Part shown: positions 31,324-45,015 of the stretch, piece by piece | Position numbering within the stretch: the first letter of the stretch is position 1 | How the letters are laid out: each line of letters starts with the position of its first letter | DNA from: Hormiphora californensis | Lineage: Eukaryota; Animalia; Ctenophora | Assembly (NCBI GenBank): GCA_020137815.1 | Contig: CM035350.1 | Coordinates: forward strand, 10,292,001-10,356,000 | Reading direction: 5' to 3' | Length of the DNA stretch: 64,000 nucleotides | Made by a program: the position numbers and the translations under genes | The notes under the pieces: generated by a model | Told to the model about the DNA's origin: nothing | The model's database searches: none | Seen by the model: the letters and a program-made list of their open reading frames with translations, nothing else

Positions 31324-34300
31324 ATGAGTACTTCTGCATGTGATGGAAAGGGAGCGAGTGACAGAGAGAAAAAGAGAGAGAATGGTGATAACCTGGGAGA
31401 GATGGTTGAGTTATTGTTGGGTTACTCAACAAGGGAGAGAGGAGGTACGTGTAACTACAGTGTCTGCAGGTACCCCTAAAATCTTGCAGTGAGTCGACAG
31501 AAAGAGCAAGAAAAGGAGGAAGCATTTTTTTGTACCAACTGATGATCACACACGCAGCGACCACGTACACATTTCTCTTTTTCACTGCCGTGTTGTTGTG
31601 TCTCAGCTGATCCCGTATAGCAACACTAGTTGCCAGAACAGGGGACCACAACAAGTGAAGGTGGTTATAATGGTGCTACAGGAGGTTCTATTGGTGTGCC
31701 GCATTGTCATTCTCCTGTATCTGGGGATGCTGTTAATCCAATCCATCCTATATGCCCTCTCTGTCAGGTCAGCTAAACCTGATAACATCCACATCGCTAG
31801 GTGGGCAGATACATATCTCAATCTTACATCTAGATGATACAATCTGATTCCCTCCCTTTCTAACAATGTCTTCATTTCATGCAGGCAGAGGAGTACTAAT
31901 AGGTGGAACATGGCGATTCACGCTCTGGTTGTGTTATCTTTCTTGTTTGCATTTGTACAGCTGGCTATTAACATGTGGGGAGTGGAGATTGCAGGGGAAT
32001 CGGTTGAGGACTGTGCGACTTGGAGAGGGGTTTGTATGGGGGAGGGAGGACTGTGCAACATGGAGAGGGGTTTGTATGGGGGGGGGGGGAGGACTGTGCA
32101 ACATGGAGAGGGGTTTGTATGGGGGGGGGGGAGGTGGGAAGGACTGTGCGACTTGGAGAGGGGTTTGTATGGGGGGAGGGGGGGGAGGGAGGACTGTGCA
32201 ACATGGAGAGGGGTTTGTATGGGGGAGGTGGGAAGGACTGTGCGACTTGGAGAGGGGTTTGTATTGGGGGAATCGGTTGAGGACTGTGCAACTTGGAGAG
32301 GGGTTTGTATGGGGGAGAAGGACTGTGCGACTTGGAGAGGGGTTTGTATGGGGGGGGGGGCTGTGCGACTTGGAGAGGGGTTTGTATGGGGGGGGGGGGG
32401 GGGCTGTGCGACTTGGAGAGGGGTTTGCATGGGGGGACATGGAGACAGAAGGAAAGACCAACTTATATAAGGACGTGAGAGTTTACAATTATTTTGTTTA
32501 GCTCGATCTCTAACCTCCCCAATTCCCTCCATACCCCCTCTCCCCCTCCAGATCTCTATCCCCTACAATCCCCAACTCTCTCCCCCTATCTCCAGATCTC
32601 TAACCCCCACCAACTCTCTCCCTCCAGATCTCTAACCCCCACCAACTCTCTCCAGCCAGATATATCCCCCATACAACCCTCTCCCCCTCCAGATGTCTAT
32701 CATCATCTGGACAATGTGCCTGCTGCCTGTCACGGCTCTGTTGTGGCTCCGTCAGCGCCTCTTCTACCAGCTAAACATGATCCGTCGAACAACCCCAAAA
32801 TGGATTCTACGGCTTAGCACCTATATTATCTTCCCTTCAGTTGGTATGTGTAATACACAGTGTATGTGAAAAATAAAAGAAGTATATGTCTGATGAAAAA
32901 TGATCAATTTTTACTCTCCCATAATTCCGTTGACAGTTGTGTGCTAAAACAGATCCCCCCGGCCCCTAACTCAACACGCCCTCTCAGGTGTTCCTGCGAT
33001 TATGATAGTAATATTCTTCCTACTTTACTTCTCTCCCCTTTTTCCCATCATGAACTACAGGGTATCAGGAGGGGAATGTAGATCAGGAACATCAAAAGGG
33101 TAATTAGCCACATCTTCGCCATCACAAGCATTTTGTTGTTGTTTCACTGGCAAACAAAATCTTTAGTGTTACTATTATTATTAACACTCACTAATATGTT
33201 AACTGCCCCACTACTACCCTACTAATTTGCCCAGGACGAGCAGTGTTTGGAAAGGACTCGGTCAGGTTTTCATCATTCTGATACATCTTATGTTCCTGTT
33301 CCTATTCCTCTTCCCTCTTCTTTCCAACAAAGCTAGCGAAGGTAAAACACGACACACCCCCATGCCCAAAAACACAACCCCCCCCCCCCGACACACCCCT
33401 TGGTAACGCAGTCAGTAGTCACCCCTACACTACGTCACTACCAGCCCTTGGTAACGCAGTCACCCCTACACTACGTCACTACCAGCCCTTGGTAACGCAG
33501 TTACCCCTACACTACGTCACTACCAGCCCTTGGTAACGCAGTTACCCCTACACTACGTCACTACCAGCCCTTGGTAACGCAGTTACCCCTACACTACGTC
33601 ACTACCAGCCCTTGGTAACGCAGTTACCCCTACACTACGTCACTACCAGCCCTTGGTAACGCAGTTACCCCTACACTACGTCACTACCAGCCCTTGGTAA
33701 CGCAGTTACCCCTACACTACGTCACTACCAGCCCTTGGTAACGCAGTTACCCCTACACTACGTCACTACCAGCCCTTGGTAACGCAGTTACCCCTACACT
33801 ACGTCACTACCAGCCCTTGGTAACGCAGTTACCCCTACACTACGTCACTACCAGCCCTTGGTAACGCAGTTACCCCTACACTACGTCACTACCAGCCCTT
33901 GGTAACGCAGTTACCCCTACACTACGTCACTACCAGCCCTTGGTAACGCAGTTACCCCTACACTACGTCACTACCAGCCCTTGGTAACGCAGTTACCCCT
34001 ACACTACGTCACTACCAGCCCTTGGTAACGCAGTTACCCCTACACTACGTCACTACCAGCCCTTGGTAACGCAGTTACCCCTACACTACGTCACTACCAG
34101 CCCTTGGTAACGCAGTCACCCCTACACTACGTCACTACCAGCCCTTGGTAACGCAGTCACCCCTACACTACGTCACTACCAGCCCTTGGTAACGCAGTTA
34201 CCCCTACACTACGTCACTACCAGCCCTTGGTAACGCAGTTACCCCTACACTACGTCACTACCAGCCCTTGGTAACGCAGTTACCCCTACACTACGTCACT

Positions 34301-37300
34301 ACCAGCCCTTGGTAACGCAGTTACCCCTACACTACGTCACTACCAGCCCTTGGTAACGCAGTTACCCCTACACTACGTCACTACCAGCCCTTGGTAACGC
34401 AGTTACCCCTACACTACGTCACTACCAGCCCTTGGTAACGCAGTTACCCCTACACTACGTCACTACCAGCCCTTGGTAACGCAGTTACCCCTACACTACG
34501 TCACTACCAGCCCTTGGTAACGCAGTTACCCCTACACTACGTCACTACCAGCCCTTGGTAACGCAGTTACCCCTACACTACGTCACTACCAGCCCTTGGT
34601 AACGCAGTTACCCCTACACTACGTCACTACCAGCCCTTGGTAACGCAGTTACCCCTACACTACGTCACTACCAGCCCTTGGTAACGCAGTTACCCCTACA
34701 CTACGTCACTACCAGCCCTTGGTAACGCAGTTACCCCTACACTACGTCACTACCAGCCCTTGGTAACGCAGTTACCCCTACACTACGTCACTACCAGCCC
34801 TTGGTAACGCAGTTACCCCTACACTACGTCACTACCAGCCCTTGGTAACGCAGTTACCCCTACACTACGTCACTACCAGCCCTTGGTAACGCAGTTACCC
34901 CTACACTACGTCACTACCAGCCCTTGGTAACGCAGTTACCCCTACACTACGTCACTACCAGCCCTTGGTAACGCAGTTACCCCTACACTACGTCACTACC
35001 AGCCCTTGGTAACGCAGTCACCCCTACACTACGTCACTACCAGCCCTTGGTAACGCAGTCAGTAGTCACCCCTACACTACGTCACTACCAGCCCTTGGTA
35101 ACGCAGTTACCCCTACACTACGTCACTACCAGCCCTTGGTAACGCAGTTACCCCTACACTACGTCACTACCAGCCCTTGGTAACGCAGTTACCCCTACAC
35201 TACGTCACTACCAGCCCTTGGTAACGCAGTTACCCCTACACTACGTCACTACCAGCCCTTGGTAACGCAGTTACCCCTACACTACGTCACTACCAGCCCT
35301 TGGTAACGCAGTTACCCCTACACTACGTCACTACCAGCCCTTGGTAACGCAGTTACCCCTACACTACGTCACTACCAGCCCTTGGTAACGCAGTTACCCC
35401 TACACTACGTCACTACCAGCCCTTGGTAACGCAGTTACCCCTACACTACGTCACTACCAGCTGCGCGAACGAGGGGATGACATCACCAATGTTACCCCAT
35501 GGTTTTACCAAAAGTTTCAAAACACAAACCCCCTCCTTCCCTTGCCAGGTACAACAGCTACTGTTGCATCAACAGTTAAGACAGGAGATGGACAGACAAA
35601 GGTCACATCAATACTGGACATGGACAGGGCACTCATCAGAAAGATGGTCATAGTTACTGTTATCGTGATTGCATCTGATTTCCTATGCACTGCCATGCAG
35701 CTAATATTGAAAAAGTAAGTTCAAAAAACTAAGTACATGCAGCTAATATTGAAAAAGTGAGTTCAAAAAACTAAGTACTCAAGCAGTTGTTTTGTTCAAA
35801 CCTTTTTATTTTATTCGCGGGGAGGGAGGGCCAAACAAGGCAATCAAGCAGTAAGATAGATTACCCACTGTTATACTTTAGTGAATAGAGATTTGCAACA
35901 ATTGGTCGGGAGATCGCATAGCAGCAAAAAGTTAAACCACACTCACAGGACATTAAAATAGAGAGAGAGAGTTTTAAATTCAGTGAGTACTATTATCGAA
36001 CACACACAAACACCCACTACACGCGACAAACTCGCGATAGGAAAACACTTACCCAACCTCAAAGTGAGAGAGAAATAGGGAGGGAGTGAGAGATAGAGTG
36101 AGAGAGAAAAGAGAAGGAGAGAGAAGGAGAGATGGAGTGAGAAATAGAGGGAGTGAGAGATAGAGTGAGAGATAAAAGAGAAGGAGAGAGAGGGAGAGAT
36201 AGATAGAGGGAGTGAGAGCTAGAGTGAGAGATAAAAGAAAAGTTGAGAGAAGGAGAGAGAAATTAAAGTCTGTATACATAACGACATGTATCCAAGAACT
36301 TCCCTCTTGGAATTCAGTATCTGCCTTCTCCATTGCCACGTGCAATTTTAACGACAGTTCTCTCTCTCTCTCTTTCTCTCCCTCCCTCCTCCTAACTCCT
36401 CCCCTCTAGATTGGATGTGGAACTCTCCTCTCAAGCCCTCCTCTACGATCTGCAGACACTGGTGACGTGTGTTAGTAACGTCCTGGGATGGAAGACGTGG
36501 CAAAAGATAGTCCTTCCCTCACCGAGATACTGGATAAAACAACTCAGATCGAGTAAACAATGTTACTAAACAATGTTACTAAACATGAGGGGGGGGGGTG
36601 CCTCATGAGATGATGTGGGGCACTTTTGATGTTTGTGATCAGGCTGATCTCTCAAAAGTGCCACATAGAACATGTAGTAAAAAGTACTCACAGACTGTCA
36701 AGTGTCAACAGAACTTTTACATATATACAATTTAAAGTTATCTCTGCTATCTCTAATATTAGTTAGGGGCGGGAATGGAAAATATCACCCCGAATTGGAA
36801 AAAAAATCGAACCAGCCAATTTCTTCACCAATGCATCCCAAATGGTCCCCAGAAACACCAAAAAGTTTTGTCCGGCTCGGGATGAAGGGCAGAGGGTCCA
36901 TTTCCGGGTTTATATGCATGCGCGTCAAGTACTGTGAGGGGGGACATAAAAATCGTAAAAATTGGAGTTTTGGACCCGGAAAAAGGGTCTACCCCGACCG
37001 GAAACACCGTGTTAGTGGGGGTAGAGCATGTCAAATTTATGATTAAACCATTTGCTAATGAGATAATTACATAATTAGTTGACTAATTATCAAAAAATTG
37101 TAAAAATTGGAGTTTTTGACCCAGATTAAGACATATTCCGACCAGAATCATCGTGTTAGTGGGGGTAGAGCAGGTCAAAATTACCCTCAACCCATTTTAT
37201 AATGAGATAATTGCATAATTAGACCAATTATCGACAAACTTCAAAATAAGAGTTTTGAAACCGGAAAATGGCCGTGCTAATACCCCTCCGATCCTACCTG

Positions 37301-39223
37301 ATACCCATGAGACCGTGCTATATACCCCTCTAATCCTACTAAAAACTTCTGACCCTACTAGGTAGCCCTCTGACCCTACCCGATACCCCTCAGACCATCC
37401 CAGATACCCCTCTGATCCTACCTGATACCCCTCTGACCATCCCAGATAACCCTTAGACCATACGAGATACCCTAAGGCCCTCCCTGGTACCCCTCTGACC
37501 CAACCTGATAATCCTCAGACCGTGCTAGATACCTCTCGAACCCCATTTGATACCCCTCTAACTCTACTAGATACCCTAAGACCCTCCCATATACCTCTCT
37601 TACCCTACCTGAAAACCCTTAGACCATGCTAGATACCCCTAAAACCCCATTTGATACCCCTCTGATCCTACCTGATACCCCTCTGACCCTCCCAGATAAC
37701 CCTTAGACCATGCGAGATAACCTAAGGCCCTCCCTGGTACCCCTCTGACCCAACCTGATAACCCTCAGATCGTGCTAGATACCTCTCAAACCCCATTAGA
37801 TACCCCATTAGATGCCCCTTTGATCCTACTAGATACCCCTTTGATCCTACCTGATAACTCTCTGACCCTATTAGAAACCATAAGACCCTCCAAGATACCC
37901 CTCCGGTCCTCCTAAATATCCCTCTGTCTTAATAGATACCACTCTGGCCCTAGATACCACTCTGGCCCTACCTAGCCTGATACCTCCAGGGTGCTAGAGT
38001 ATCTAGGAGGGTCACAGGGGTATCAGGTAGGGTCACAGGGGTATCAGGTAGGGTCAGAGGGGTATCTATTAGAGTCAAAAGGGTATCAAATGGGGTTTTA
38101 GGGGTATCTATCATGGTCTAAGAGTTATCTGGGAGGACCAAAGGGGTATCTGGGAGGGTCTTAGGGTATCTAGTAGGGTCAGAGGGGTATTAGATAGGAT
38201 CAAAGGGGTATCTAGTAGGATCAAAGGGGTGTCTAATGGGGTTTGAGAGGTATCTAGCACGGTCTGAGGGTTATCAGGTTGGGTCAGAGGGGTACCAGGG
38301 AGGGCCTTAGGGTATCTCGCATGGTCTAAGGGTTATCTGGGAGGGTCAGAGGGGTATCAGGTAGGATCAGAGGGGTATCTAACGGGGTTTGAGGGGTGTC
38401 TAGCATGGTCTAAGGGTTATCAGGTAGGGCAAGAGAGGTATCTGGGAGGGTCCGAGGGGTATTGGGTAGGGTCAGAGGGCTACCTAGTAGGGTCAGAGTT
38501 TTTAGTAGGATTAGAGGGGTATATAGCACGGTCTCATGGGTATCAGGTAGGATCGGAGGGGTATTAGCACGGCCATTTTCCGGTTTCAAAACTCTTATTT
38601 TGAAGTTTGTCGATAACTGGTCTACTAATTATACAATTATCTCATTGTAAAATGGGTTGAGGGTAATTTTGACCTGCTCTACCCCCACTAACACGATGAT
38701 TCTGGTCGAAATATGTCTTTTTCTGGGTCAAAAACTCCAATTTTTACAATTTTTTGATAATTAGTCAACTAATTATGTAATTATCTCATTAGCAAATGGT
38801 TTAAATATAAATTTGACATGCTCTACCCCCACTAACACGGTGTTTCCGGTCGGGGTAGACCCTTTTTCCGGGTCCAAAACTCCAATTTTTACGATTTTTG
38901 TGTCCCCCCTCACAGTACTTGACGCGCATGCATATAAACCCGGAAATGGACCCTCTGCCCTTCATCCCGAGCCGGACAAAACTTTTTGGTGTTTCTGGGG
39001 ACCATTTGGGATACATTGGTGAAGAAATTGGCTGGTTCGATTTTTTTTCCAATTCACAAGCCCCCCGCCCCTAACTATATTTTCAATTTCAGATGCTACC
39101 CCAATGAACTCATCTGCAACAAATAACACCAGGACAGGACAACGTCTGAACAGCCAAAACAAGCCCTTCCTGACGAGGAGCTATACTGCCACCACGACCA
39201 CTTCAATGTCCATTTTAAAATGA
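31324..39223 (+). CDS. Orphan seven-transmembrane (GPCR-like) protein, ~10 exons
   Basis: Phase-consistent GT-AG exons at approx. 31324-31445, 31490-31564, 31609-31767, 31885-32029, 32693-32843, 32988-33099, 33235-33341, 35549-35714, 36410-36552 and 39093-39223 give seven hydrophobic helices and a W..W....P motif after TM7. One homopolymer indel is needed near 31525. Confidence 0.72.
33398..35460 (+). repeat. Highly homogeneous 41 bp minisatellite, ~50 copies, intronic
   Basis: Unit cagcccttggtaacgcagttacccctacactacgtcactac. Ten units span 410 bp (33481 to 33891). Confidence 0.97.
36762..39075. mobile_element. 2.3 kb foldback (palindromic) non-autonomous DNA element with TA flanks
   Basis: Ends are TA|GTTAGGGGCGGG...CCCGCCCCTAAC|TA. 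About 600 bp of near-perfect inverted arms lead into ~20 bp degenerate repeats (agatacccctctgaccctacc) that switch orientation at ~37985. No transposase is present. Confidence 0.88.
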
Positions 39224-40031
39224 GGAGAATAGAGAGACATGTGTGAAATTAAATAAGAACAAAGGGTGTTCCTTTAGTTTTAGACACTGACTTTATCGAA
39301 CTGGAAAACCGTTATTGAGTTGTCAGGCACTGACTGTATCATCATTATTGAGGGTATCTTCTTTCTCATCCCATCCCATATGTTAACTTCAGTGACTTTA
39401 CCCTTGAGATATTGACTGGACCGCCATTGTGTGGCTCACACAACATTTTATTCCACCATACGCTGGCCTGTGGAGGAGAAAGTATATATCGATTTACTAA
39501 TCCCTAAATTTGACTTTGAGTTGATAGTGGGGCAACAGTTGCCTGTTTTCGATATAATGTTGTATTGGATATGGGAGATATTTTTACAGCGGTGTCAGAT
39601 TGGTGCATGTGCATGATTTTGGTTTTTCACGTGATGTATAATTCAGTAATCGGTTGTGTGATGTTGAACTAGTATGTTTCTATGTATTGTTCTCTCATTT
39701 TGGAATGAAATCAGTTTCTTTATTCTTATTCGTTATTGGATATTCGGTTGATGGGCTGGCAACTTACAAAAAGTGTGGCCACTGGTCCCTAGGTTCTGTC
39801 GTCGCCCCACTTCAAACAAGGGTTTTTCCAATCCTGCGCTGACAAGGGACCTGTGCGCGCGCCTTTTCTTGGCGGGGAGTTCGCGCGAGAAACCCACTTG
39901 TTGTGTCGTTCGGTGGGGCGCGCTACGTTTTAGTGGCTATTGACCGTTGATGGAACAAAACAACAACAGCTTGTTGGGGTAAACAGTGAAACTAAACTAC
40001 AATAAATATACACACATATATAAACAAAATA

Positions 40032-43000
40032 TCACCAGGAAAAGTCACTATCAGTTTTGTCATCTCCTTTAAGTGTCAGATCTTTAGGTCCGGTGAGAGT
40101 ATTACCGCCCAATGAAATGTCATCCGGTGATTGTGGCTTCCCTGGGCTGTATGGTGTCGTGGGCAGTACTGGTGCTTTGTAAGCTTGCAGAGTTGGTTCA
40201 GAATTCACTGCAGCAGGCTTGACAGGAGATACTGCAGTAGGCTGGAATGTAGCAGACTGCTGCTGTACTGGGGCAGGCGACTGTTGGAATGTAGCAGACT
40301 GAGTTTGGAATGTAGCAGGCTGTTGCTGTACTGGGCCAGGCTGAGTTTGGAATGTAGCAGGCTGCTGCTGGAATGTAGCAGACTGCTGCTGGAATGTAGC
40401 AGACTGCTGCTGTAATGGGGCAGGTTGCTGGGATGTAGCAGGTTGCTGTACTGGGCCAGGCTGAGTTTGGAATGTAGCAGGCTGAGTTTGGATTGCAGTA
40501 GGTTGCTGTATTGTAGTAGGTTGCTGCTGATATTGGGATGGTTTTGGTAACTGTGTTGTAGCAGCCTGTGGTTCAAACACGGGATGTTGGAAAGTAACAC
40601 CACCACTACTGTTGGGAGGTAGATGTGAGGTGATAGCAGCAAACTCCCGTTCTAACTGTTCCCCCTCCTGTACTAGTGCCTGGTAACGGTCCCTGGAACC
40701 TGCTACAAGTGACCTATAAGGGGCCCCTGTTGAGCCACTAATATCTGATAGACAGCTATCCATCTTTAGACTGGTGTCATCTGCCTCACTTTCCTCATCA
40801 AGTCGTACTGAACTGATATACTGAGAGGGAGAATGGGATGGTTAGCTGGTGTTGGTAGGTAGTTTCCCCCCTCAAGAGGGGTGGGGGGTAGAGACATTAT
40901 GAGTGACAGTTATTTCTGTCATAGTTAGTCTGTCTCTAACCTTATTACTACTACACTACTAAACACTAGTAGTCCCTAACCTTATTCAAGAAGTCAGGTA
41001 GAGGAACAGAAGAGGCGGCTGTCCCTCCTCCCCCTCCAGTGTTATTGTTGTGATGGGCTCTGCATTCTAAAAACTGGTCCCGTAGCTCCTTCTGGGATCG
41101 TAACCTAGCCTGCTGTTCACGCTCCAATTCTCCCTCTAAACGGCGCACCTGCAATAGAGAGGTTGGTAATGAAACACAATATATATTAGGAATATAAAGA
41201 GAGAGAGAGAGAGAGAGTTACCTTGGAGGCTAGTTCCTCAGCCTGCCGTTCAGATTGGGTTCTCAGTTTAGATAGATCATTCAGTGCCTCTACCTCCCCT
41301 TTACTAGGCCGGGACAGCTGGTCCCTAAGGGAGGTAATTAGCTCCTTTAAACTATCCTCCGTCCTTCTCGCAGTCCCCCTCTCCCTCTCCATAGAATCCT
41401 GGGATTGTTGATTGTTGAAATTATTCTAATCTTATCGTATCGGACCCCACTATAAAAGATTCAATAATATCTGCTGAAACACTCCTCCCCCTCCCCCCGA
41501 ACACCCCCACACCTGCTAGTTAAAAGTCCCCCTAATTACCACTGTCCCCCCCCCCCGCCCCCGGAACAGTGGAGAACCTACCAGGACTTGTCCCCCCCTC
41601 CCGAACACTCCCCCACCCCACTGTGCCCCCCCCCCCCCGAAACAGTGGAGCAGCACCTACCAGGACTTGTTTCCTCTCATTTTCCAGTGTATAAACTTGG
41701 TTTTTGATGGTCTCATAGTCTGCCCAACAGGACACTTTAGCTTCGTAGTGAACAAGGCGTGTAGAGGACTCCTCTAGTCGTGTTTCTACTTGTACTAGTC
41801 TGCAGGATAATGGGATTAAGGAACACATGATTTACAGTTGGTGCGCAGCACGGCTAAACGAAGCCTGCGAAGGGGGGATGTCATCACCAAGCTTTACAGC
41901 TGTGAATCAAAGAATGCTTGCCAAGCTTTACCTATCCATGCAGTCTGCGTGTTCTTTTTGCAGAGAATTCAGCTGTGTCCTTAGAGCCTCATTATCAGCC
42001 CGTACTCTCAGAATTTCCTCCCTCTCTTCCTCAATCTAATAGGTTACCGTGGTTACCACAGTTACCACGGTTATACAGTATTTACAGATAGTATTACCAG
42101 AATGAACCCATTTCATACCTGACTCTCCTTAGCATGTAACTTCCCCTCCCTGTCCCTCAGTTCCTCTTTACACCTCGCTCTGATCCTCGCTGTATTCTGT
42201 TCAACTCTACATTTCAGATCCTCCTCCTTCTCTCGTATCAGGGCATCTCTCTCCTCAAGTCGGGCCGATAAAATTGAAAACTTCTCTTGTTCCAGTGCCA
42301 CCTGTTTAGTGGCCACTGCTTTTTCTCGTTCTATTTGTGTGGCTCGTGATCGGAGGGCTTCCAACTCATGTAACAGTTGCTGCCTCTCCTTATACAACGA
42401 GGCTTCTACCTCAGCTTTCTGAAAATAATGGTGCTACTCCTTCCATGTTTTAGATTGCCTAGCTAGACCCTGTTTCGCAGGAGGGTTAGAACATAACAAG
42501 TTTTAGAGAGGGCATAACGTGTGTAACATGAAAACAAGAAATAAAATACCATTTTATCAAGAGATGCTGTACTCTCTATCTCCCTCGCATGCAGGGCATC
42601 TAGTCTGCGCCTGTATTCTGTCTCATAGTCAGATAGCTTGCTGTTAAATTCTCTCTGCAGGTTGTCCTTTTCAACCCTTTTCAGTTCCCCCAACTGCAAC
42701 TCTTTAAATCGGTCAACCTGAGATGGGAAATGTGGATGAGAAACAACTAAATTAATAATTATAATAGTGCTATATAGTTCTGATATGTAGTGCTACATAT
42801 TGCTACATAGTTGCAACATAGTTGCTACATAGTTGCTACATAGTTGTAACATAGTTGCTACATAGAGCTAACTGCTATTTCACCTCCAGCTTTATAAGTT
42901 CCTGGATATCTGTTGGATAAGCAGGGAGCTCTGATTTAGGAGGGGGTCGCTGGGAAAACTCCCGGTCTAGATGTCTCAGCTTCTCTTCCAGTGTAATGCC

Positions 43001-44376
43001 TTCCGTCTGACAACCTGAACGATTGAATATCAGATTCCGAGAAACTAGAATCTAGAATCAAGATTTCCTGCAATGTTGACATACCTGCATCTTCAGGCAC
43101 TGACTGTACAATGCACACTGACTGTACATCACACTATATAGACCCCGCTGGCTCAAATAGACGCCCGCCCCGCGCGAACAATTTGCACTGGTCTATTGGG
43201 CCGTGCACTGCCGTGAGTTTGTGTCTCGATAGACGCACGCCCTCTGACAGATTTGTGTAAAGATCACAAAGAATCACTGGAAACACGATAAAATGACATG
43301 ACAACACAAGAGGGAGTGTGTGTACAACCAACTACGCTCTCTGTCTAGATTTGGCGCCCGCCAGTCTGTTGGCAACTGTTCCTCTTGACCCACAATTAAC
43401 TGTTATCTCTCTCTGCATTCCACCCTTTTGATTTGTTAAAACGATTGGTACGAGTGTGTAGGAATGTAGAGAGGCACCTTGTAGCTTCATTTCCAACTAT
43501 TTGACCCGTTTTGTGTGAGCTCTCTGTTTGAAAACCACGTAAATTGTGCTTGTTTTGCTTCTAGGTGCCCGCCAGCGGGGTCTATAGAACACAACTCCCT
43601 CCCTTGCGTGCAGATATACCTGTAAACCCCTCGCTGACGCTAGGGATTTACAGGGCTGTAACGCACGGGTCCCGAAGGGACCCGTGCATTACAGCTCAAT
43701 AGACGCACTGCTCTGCAGTGCGTCTATTGATTATCTGCCCGCGCAGGAGGGAGTTATGTACTATGTAGCCTCACCTGCATCTACAGGCACTGTACATCAC
43801 ACTATGTAGCCTCACCTGCTTCTTCGTTACTCCGTCCACACGACTTCACAACACCCTCTAAAAACATTTCCAGGGGACTCCTCCTATCAACTACTTTCCT
43901 TTGTGACAGGGAAAGGGCCAGTGATGAACTGCTAGCGACACCCAACAGCCGCAGCCACTCAACCCAGGTTAGTGTCTTGGTGCCGGGTATATTCGCCTCA
44001 GTGAGGAAGGTTGAGAGGGAGTAATCATAGTTTGCATACTTTAAATGGGCTGCAGTCAACATGTCGCTAACCAAGGCAGGACTCGACTTCTCCTCATCTT
44101 TCTCCTACAACAAATCACACTACAATTACACTTATAAACTCCAACTACACGTGACAACAACACGTGTAGTTATGTAGTGATAACAATATCACCCGCGAAA
44201 TGCTTTCGGCATGAAAGAATGTGATATTTATGAAATCTTATTACCTTTGATTCTTTACTCAAGTGAAGTGCCAGTTGGTTTCGGAGGTGAGACTTGAAGG
44301 ATGATACTACTCCCTTTTTACTGAGCGAGTCGTACAGAGCTTTTCGAAACTCATCCTCAGACAACTGTTCAGCCAT
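40032..44376 (-). CDS. OFD1: OFD1 centriole/basal body protein (LisH + coiled coil), multi-exon
   Basis: MAEQLSEDEFRKALYDSLSKKGVVSSFKSHLRNQL, LisH-like AHLKYANYDYSLSTFLTEA, CQTEGITLEEKLRHLDREF, YKERQQLLHELEALRSR, coiled-coil exons, and a C-terminus DSDFSW. Confidence 0.82.
43137..43586. mobile_element. TA-flanked MITE in an OFD1 intron
   Basis: Perfect terminal inverted repeat tatagaccccgctggc / gccagcggggtctata. Confidence 0.8.
43585..43763. mobile_element. Second, abutting MITE with three internal hairpins
   Basis: Imperfect TIRs tagaacacaactccctcc..gcagata / tatctgc..ggagggagttatgtacta. Hairpins include gcacgggtccc-gaa-gggacccgtgc and aatagacgcactgc-tct-gcagtgcgtctatt. Confidence 0.72.
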
Positions 44377-45015
44377 GTTCACACCTACAATCTATTAATC
44401 CATCTAAATCTTTGTAAATCTTGTAAATCTTGTAAAACCCTAACCCTACTTTAGCCCTAACCCTTAAAAAACCGTTTGTCAGCACTCCCAAAACACCCAG
44501 ATTTTAACGCTGCCCTTGGCATACGTTGCAGGCCCCTTATAATATGAGCTCAGGCCAAACGCGCGCGCGGCATTCCCTTCAGTCCCCTCGTTGCGGGGGT
44601 GCGCGCATGAGGGGGCTGCAGCGCATTCCAAACGCTGCCCTAAAAAACCGTTTGCCAGGACTCACCAAACACCCGCCCCACCAGTCTCTGCACTGGGGGG
44701 TTGATCGCGCGGCGTCAAAATCTGGGTTTTTGAGAGCGCGCAAAACCAAAATTTACGCCGCGCACGTACGCGCACGTTTTTTCGCTTCGAGAAAATCCCA
44801 AATTTTAAATTTGGTCACGTGTTTTTTAAAAATCTGGGTGCCTTCCATAGGGATCCCTAAAAAAGTTCAGTAGTTACACAGCGTTTACACAGTCTTTACT
44901 CAGTCGTTACACCCAGAGCGCCCGCGCCGCTCTGGGTGTAACGACTGCGTCTTTCGCACTCGATTTGCAGCGCTTATGGAAACTTGCCCTAGGTTTATGG
45001 AACTGCCCTAGGTTT

